Origin: Basidiobolus meristosporus CBS 931.73
Lineage: Eukaryota > Fungi > Basidiobolomycota
DNA length: 64,000 bases
Assembly (NCBI GenBank): GCA_002104905.1
Contig: MCFE01000159.1
Coordinates: forward strand, 85,593 to 149,592
Direction: 5' to 3'
Both the position numbers and the translations under genes were made by a program. Shown here piece by piece: positions 58,491-64,000 of this stretch. Each line of letters begins with the position of its first letter. Within the stretch, counting starts at the first letter, position 1. A model generated the notes under the pieces. It worked only from the letters and a program-made list of their open reading frames with translations. It did not search any database and had not been told where the DNA came from.

Positions 58491-61400
58491 CAAGCTGTCA
58501 CTCTCTGCAATGTCTACTACTGCTATTACTGGAATTTTTCCCTCTGCTGAAAAGTTGGATGGATCTAACTACCAAGTGTGGAAGGTGAAGATGAAGATGC
58601 TGCTGCAAGAAAGAGGCCTTTGGGATATTGTCATGGGAGAAGAATGCCCTCCTAAAAACGTGGGAGAGGAAGCCTTAAAGTACCAGAAGAAAGAACAAAG
58701 TGCCTTTAACTGCATTTGCCTTAATGTCAAGGACAAATTGCTAATTCAATGCTCAAGAGCAAAAACGGCAAAGAATGCCTGGAAGGCATTAGAAGACACC
58801 TACCAGTCATGTTCAGCTGCCAAGAAAATGTATCTGAGAAGAAAATTCTTTACTACAAAGATGCTGCCAGGAGAAGAAATGAAAAATCTAATTAACAGAA
58901 TCACCCTGCTGGTAGATGAGATGGAATCTGTGGGTGTACCAACTACTGATGAGGATGTGATAGTTACCATCCTGAATAGCCTGACAGACAAGTTTCAGGG
59001 CCTTGTATCAGCCCTAGAGTCCAGAACTGAAGATTTGACCTTAAATTACGTATATGGAAGGCTCCTGGATGAAGAATTAAGAAAATCAAGTGCCAATAAG
59101 AAGGAAGAAGAAAATGCTTTAATAAGCAATGATAACCAACAAAGGAGGTACCCAAGACCCTACAAAGGCAACAGCAGCCTATTTTGCAACTACTGCAAAA
59201 GGAAAGGACACACATCAGACCGGTGTTTCAAAAAGAGAGATTATCAGCAAAAGAAGCCTGAATATGGAAATGCTGCAACAACTGAAGATAGACTATTCAT
59301 ATCTGCACTAAATATGACCACAAACAAGGATTCTCAGACATGGTATATTGACTCTGGAGCTTCTCAACACTTTACACACCAAAAAGAACTTTTTACCCAA
59401 TATCAAGAAATTCCAATTAAGAAGGTTTTCATGGGTGACGATAGAACACTTGATGCAGTGGGAGAAGGAACTATCCAAGTAAACCTTAGAAGCAGTGAAG
59501 GAAGCCATACACTGACCTTTAAAGAAGTACTCTATGTACCAGAAATAGCCAAGAACCTACTCTCTGTAAGCAAGGCCACAGCAGAAGGACTCAGTTTCAG
59601 TTTTGACAATTCTGGATGCAGGATCACTGATCAAAATGGTGCTCATATCGCTTCGGGCATCAGAGATCAGAACCTATACAAGTTGACTTATATTCCATCA
59701 TATCTGGAAGCCAATATAAGTAACTTAAATGAAGAAACACCAATGCTTTGGCACAGGAGATTTGGACACATCAATTTTGATTATTTGCGTAAAATGATCA
59801 AAGATCAGCTAATTTCTGGAGTGAAAATTGATCCCCCAGCTAATTTGGAGCACTGTGAAGCCTGCATATATGGGAAACAAGCCAGACAACTGTTCAAGAG
59901 CTCTGGGTTAATCAAAACTAAGAAAAAATTAGATCTAATTCACTCAGATCTGTGTGGACCTATGCAAAATTTATCCTTAGGCGGGATGAAGTATTTAATC
60001 ACTTTTATTGATGATTATACAAGATACACATGGGTCTACTTCATGGAGAGAAAGGAAGAAGCTCTGTCTAAGCTCAGGGAGTTTAAAGCCATGGTGGAGA
60101 GAGAAACTGGTGAAAAAATCAAGAAAATACGCTCTGACAATGGTGGAGAATATACCTCAAAACTCTTCATCCACTTCTGCAAAATTCATGGGATAAAGCA
60201 AGAGACTACTGTACCATACTCCCCACAGCAAAATGGAGTAGCAGAACGAGCTAACAGATCAATAATTGATATGGCAAGATCTATGATCCATGATCAAAAA
60301 TTATCCTATGATTTTTGGGCGGAATCAGTTGCCACTGCTGTATATCTTAAAAATAGGAGTTATAACAGAATGCTTTGTGATTCTACTCCATTTGAAGCAT
60401 GGTATGGATACAGACCAAGTGCAGAACATCTAAGAATATTTGGGTGTACAGCATATGCCAAAAAACTGGCCGGAAATCAGTCAAAATTTGAGCCAAAAAG
60501 TGTAAAATGCATATTTTTGGGCTACTGCAATGAGAGTAAGGCATACAGACTCTACAATACCAAAGCAAAGAAGCTGATCAAGTCCAGGGATGTGTTGTTT
60601 GATGAAAATTCAAAATTTTCACAAAAAATGACATCAGATGATGACAAAAATTTGATCTCAAGTCCACCAATTGTCAGGATTGAATCAGAGCAAAACAATG
60701 AAAATTTTTTCACTCCAGAGGACTCTACAACCGTGGTTCAGCCAGAATCAGTGCCCAGGAATATCCCAGAAGTGATCATTCCAGTATCAAATGCCCGGAG
60801 ATCCAATCGGACAAGAAATAGCCCAAATTACTATATCAATGAGGGTACAAACTTAGCCTATGCCTATTCAGTCCATGTTGATGAACCCCAGACTGTAAAA
60901 GAGGCCCTAAATAGCCCTCAGACAAAGTTTTGGAGATCTGCAATGACTGAGGAATATCAGGCCCTGATGGAAAATCAAACTTGGGACTTAGTCAAATTAC
61001 CAATCAACCAAAAATCAATTGGATGCAGATGGGTCTTCAAGACAAAATACAAGGCTGATGGTACAATTGAAAGATACAAAGCAAGACTTGTAGCCAAAGG
61101 ATACTCTCAAACAAAAGGACTTGACTATACTGAGACCTTTGCACCGGTAGCCAAGTTTAATTCCATCAGATTAATATTGGCTATTGCAGCCAAATATAAG
61201 TTTTTTATCATCAAATGGATGTAAAAACTGCATTTTTGAATGGAGAACTTGATGAGGACGTGTATATAGACCAGCCTGATGGGTTTGTCAACCAAGATAC
61301 TCCCCATTTGGTCTGCAAGCTTAAAAAGTCACTATATGGTCTCAAACAATCACCGAGAGCCTGGAATTGCAAGATAGATTCTTATTTGGAATCTTTGAGT

Positions 61401-62453
61401 TTCAAAAGGAGTAATGCTGACTATAGTATATACTATAAGCCAGATAGAGCAAATCCAGTTCTATTAGCTCTATATGTGGATGATCTTATTATAGCCGCCA
61501 ATAACCTAGAAACATTGGAAGAGACTAAATCCAGCCTATCTAAGGAGTTCAAGATGTCCGATCTAGGAGAACTTAGTTACTACTTAGGGATTAAGTTCTC
61601 CATAGACAGAAGTACCCAGACTATTACCCTAAGCCAATCCAAGTATATTCAAGATATACTAAAGAAGTACAAAATGGAAGACTGTAAACCAGCAGCTACC
61701 CCAATGGAGACAAACCTTAACTTGGTCAAAACTCAACCAAATCAAGAGAGCTTGGTGCCATCTGAAAGCCCTGACTTTCCTTATCAATCTATGGTTGGCA
61801 GTCTGATGTATATCATGCTTGGAACACGTCCAGATATCTCATATTCAGTGGGAGTTGTCAGCCAACATAATCAGAATTATGGATCTGATCATATTGCAGC
61901 AGTTAAGCGGATTTTTAGATACCTAAAAGGAACTGCTGATATCTGCTTAAGATACACTTATAAGGATTCAGAACAGGATCTTGTGGGATACTCTGATGCT
62001 GATTGGGGACGAAATTTAGAAGACAGAAGATCCACCACAGGATACACCTTTCTTTACTGTAAAGGAGCCATTTCATGGAATTCAAGAAAGCAACCAACTG
62101 TAGCACTTTCTACTACAGAGGCAGAGTATATGGCAGCCTGTGAAGCTACAAAAGAAGCAATGTGGTTAAGAAAGCTCTTTACAGATTTAGGCCTATGTCA
62201 AAAAACGCCTATTACTTTATTTCAAGATAATCAAGGATGTATACAATTAGGTAGAAATCCAACTTTTCATGCTAGAACCAAGCACATAGATATTAGACAT
62301 CATTTCATACGTGAAGCTATAGAGAATAACTTAGTTAGCTTAGTTTACTGTCCTACAGATGAAATGATTGCAGACATATTTACCAAACCATTAGCTAGAG
62401 ACAAGTTTGAATATTTTAGGTCAAAATTAGGACTAGTCAGTATGAACATTTAG
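58483..62453 (+). pseudogene. Copia gag-pol polyprotein with one frameshift in RT
   Basis: Gag LDGSNY..W, zinc knuckle CNYCKRKGHTSDRC, protease WYIDSGAS, IN HSDLCGP/SDNGGEY/QNGVAER, RT KARLVAKG/MDVKTAFLNG/LYVDD, RH YSDADW/EAEY/ADIFTK. Frame break at ~61205-61212. Confidence 0.93.
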
Positions 62454-62455
62454 CT

Positions 62456-62464
62456 GAGTGGGAG
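62456..62464 (+). promoter_or_regulatory. Polypurine tract
   Basis: GAGTGGGAG immediately before the 3' LTR. Confidence 0.65.
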
Positions 62465-62814
62465 TGTTGTAAAAATTCGTATTTTCCACCTAAATATTCA
62501 CCTAACTTAGTCACTTAGATCATCACCTTCAAATCCTAGAGAATACTGACCAAATTCCTTGTTGGGATTTACTTAGAATATTTTCACCAAAATATCAGGT
62601 ACCCAGAACATGAAAATTCTCAAAGTTGTCCAAACAGCCCCAAACTTTGCACACATGTTCTTGGGACCTTCCTTAACCTATTCTACGTGTTTGTAATGCC
62701 AAGACCATGTCAAAGTATAAATACTACTTTTACATTCAATAAATCATTAAGTGAAAACCACATAATCTACTTGTTCTCCAAATCACTTCCAATATCTCCA
62801 AGACTCTTACAACA
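62465..62814 (+). repeat. 3' LTR (350 bp)
   Basis: Matches the 5' LTR apart from a 17-bp indel and 6 substituted bases. Confidence 0.97.
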
Positions 62815-62819
62815 AGAAC

Positions 62820-64000
62820 AACTTGTGAACAACATTAATGAGGGAATGTGATAAGGATTGATATTCATCATAAAGGCTGTGTGCTGCTGCAGATATTGCT
62901 GCCAAAGGTCTGTCAAATATTTCAGATAGGCCAGCTTGGGTTTTTCTGACTGCAGAATATACATGAGCAAACCTCTTGATTCAGGATCTCCAAGTATAGT
63001 TCTCCAGCAGGAGCCAGTGTAGTGTGGTGATGTTCACTTCCAGGCTTAATCAGTGGGTTGTTGCAGTAGTGAAGTCTGAGATATAACTCTGGTTCTAAGG
63101 ATGTTGTGCATCAACATTTAAAACCTAGCCAATTTTACTCCTGTTTGAAAATCTAGTACCCTAACTGATTTTCCCTAACCCAAACATAACAATCCCAGTT
63201 ACAGTTTATTTTATCCCACCTCAGAATCTATTTTTAGCTATCACACCTGTTCTATTTTCAAATGGTCATTACATTATCAACCTATCTGCCAAGCCTTCCC
63301 AGGTGATTAGTCATCTGAGATCTATCCAACCACTGTGCAGTTGCCAAGACATCAGTTGATTGATGATGTAATTTTCATTTATCTTATGCACCTATGAACA
63401 CCCAAATTGATTTCAATCAATCCAGTCCCTTGGTGCTTACTAATTCAACTTGATCAGAAAAGTATAAATAAAGTTTACTGAACCTTTTGGTTTAGTGTGT
63501 GTCTCAACAAAATTAAGATTCTGTCTCAGCAAAAATAAGGATCCAACAATTCCGTTCTAGTTTCTATCCAAGCCTAGTATATCTAGCACTCCAAAGAACA
63601 CCAAGCCTAGCCTGCCTAGCAAACAAATATCATTGTCTTTATATCCAACCCAGCTATATCCAAGACCAATATTAGATCAGAATCTTTCTGCTAATATTTC
63701 TGCCACTCTCTGACAATTCTAAGATTCTGCACTTAATTGTCCCTTTGGTTCAGTTAAACTGTTCAAGAGTTTTATTACACTTTCTCTTGGATACAACATA
63801 AGGTAGAGAAGTCTGATCTTATAGGGCATAAACCCAAAAGCACCAAGAATAGCATGTCAGTAGGGGCATTCAGGCAAATGAGGCAGCAAGGAGGTAATGC
63901 ACCATACTGCAAACTTGTCAAGCTTAGTGCAGTCTCTAGAAGTAAGAGAGAGAAGTGGTAAGCCAAATTCCAGGACAGGGAAGACAAACTGCTTGAGTAG
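62820..64000 (-). mobile_element. Decayed non-LTR (LINE-like) retrotransposon relic, continuing beyond the window
   Basis: A stop-interrupted minus frame starts LLKQFVFPVLEFGLPLLS...KLDKF...LGAFGFMPYKIRLLYL, resembling the LINE RT-thumb pattern (L.K.FIRP.LEYG...KLE...LG..P...R). Only one CpG seen in ~1.2 kb. Confidence 0.55.

Larger units (their letters stand above)
58146..62814 (+). mobile_element. Full-length Ty1/Copia LTR retrotransposon
   Basis: Direct LTRs with TGTTGTAA...TTACAACA ends, 5-bp TSD AGAAC (58141-58145 and 62815-62819), and domain order gag-PR-IN-RT-RH. Confidence 0.98.

Noticed and set aside
61201-61215. Programmed ribosomal frameshift
   Set aside because: It falls inside RT rather than at a gag-pol junction and removes a base from a conserved motif, so mutation or error is more likely.
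1-64000. CRISPR arrays, rRNA, tRNA or snRNA genes
   Set aside because: No repeat-spacer pattern or diagnostic RNA motifs were seen by eye; a covariance-model scan would be needed to exclude small RNAs.

Overview
Eukaryotic, intron-containing fungal DNA. The short GT-AG introns and gene repertoire suggest an early-diverging, zygomycete-grade fungus such as Basidiobolus (inference, not verified). About 21 protein genes were reconstructed by hand across introns: allantoicase, PIF1, a prion-like repeat protein, a secreted Gly/Arg/Tyr/Pro-rich protein, a PL14 lyase, a multi-TM protein, a Bud14/Tea4-like SH3 protein, a Pcl/Pho80-like cyclin, a MOSC protein, an MIT-like+RasGEF protein, an unknown protein, class IV chitin synthase, PP2A-C, a 2OG-Fe(II) oxygenase, a 4-TM protein, DUF1295, fumarase, a TM-BAG protein, TMEM41, uL15m, PEX5 and a CBM18-CE4 deacetylase. 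There are two repeat islands. The first is a full-length Ty1/Copia element (58146-62814; 5-bp TSD AGAAC, half-tRNA-type PBS, one frameshift) nested in a probable decayed LINE. The second is a transposon graveyard at 27.2-29.6 kb with related LTR and RNase H pieces. The old parts of both islands are almost free of CpG. The most interesting candidate is a helical-domain protein ending in 13 Sup35-like 9-aa Q/G/N/Y repeats, located in a run of co-oriented, intron-poor accessory genes. No rRNA, tRNA or CRISPR array was found.
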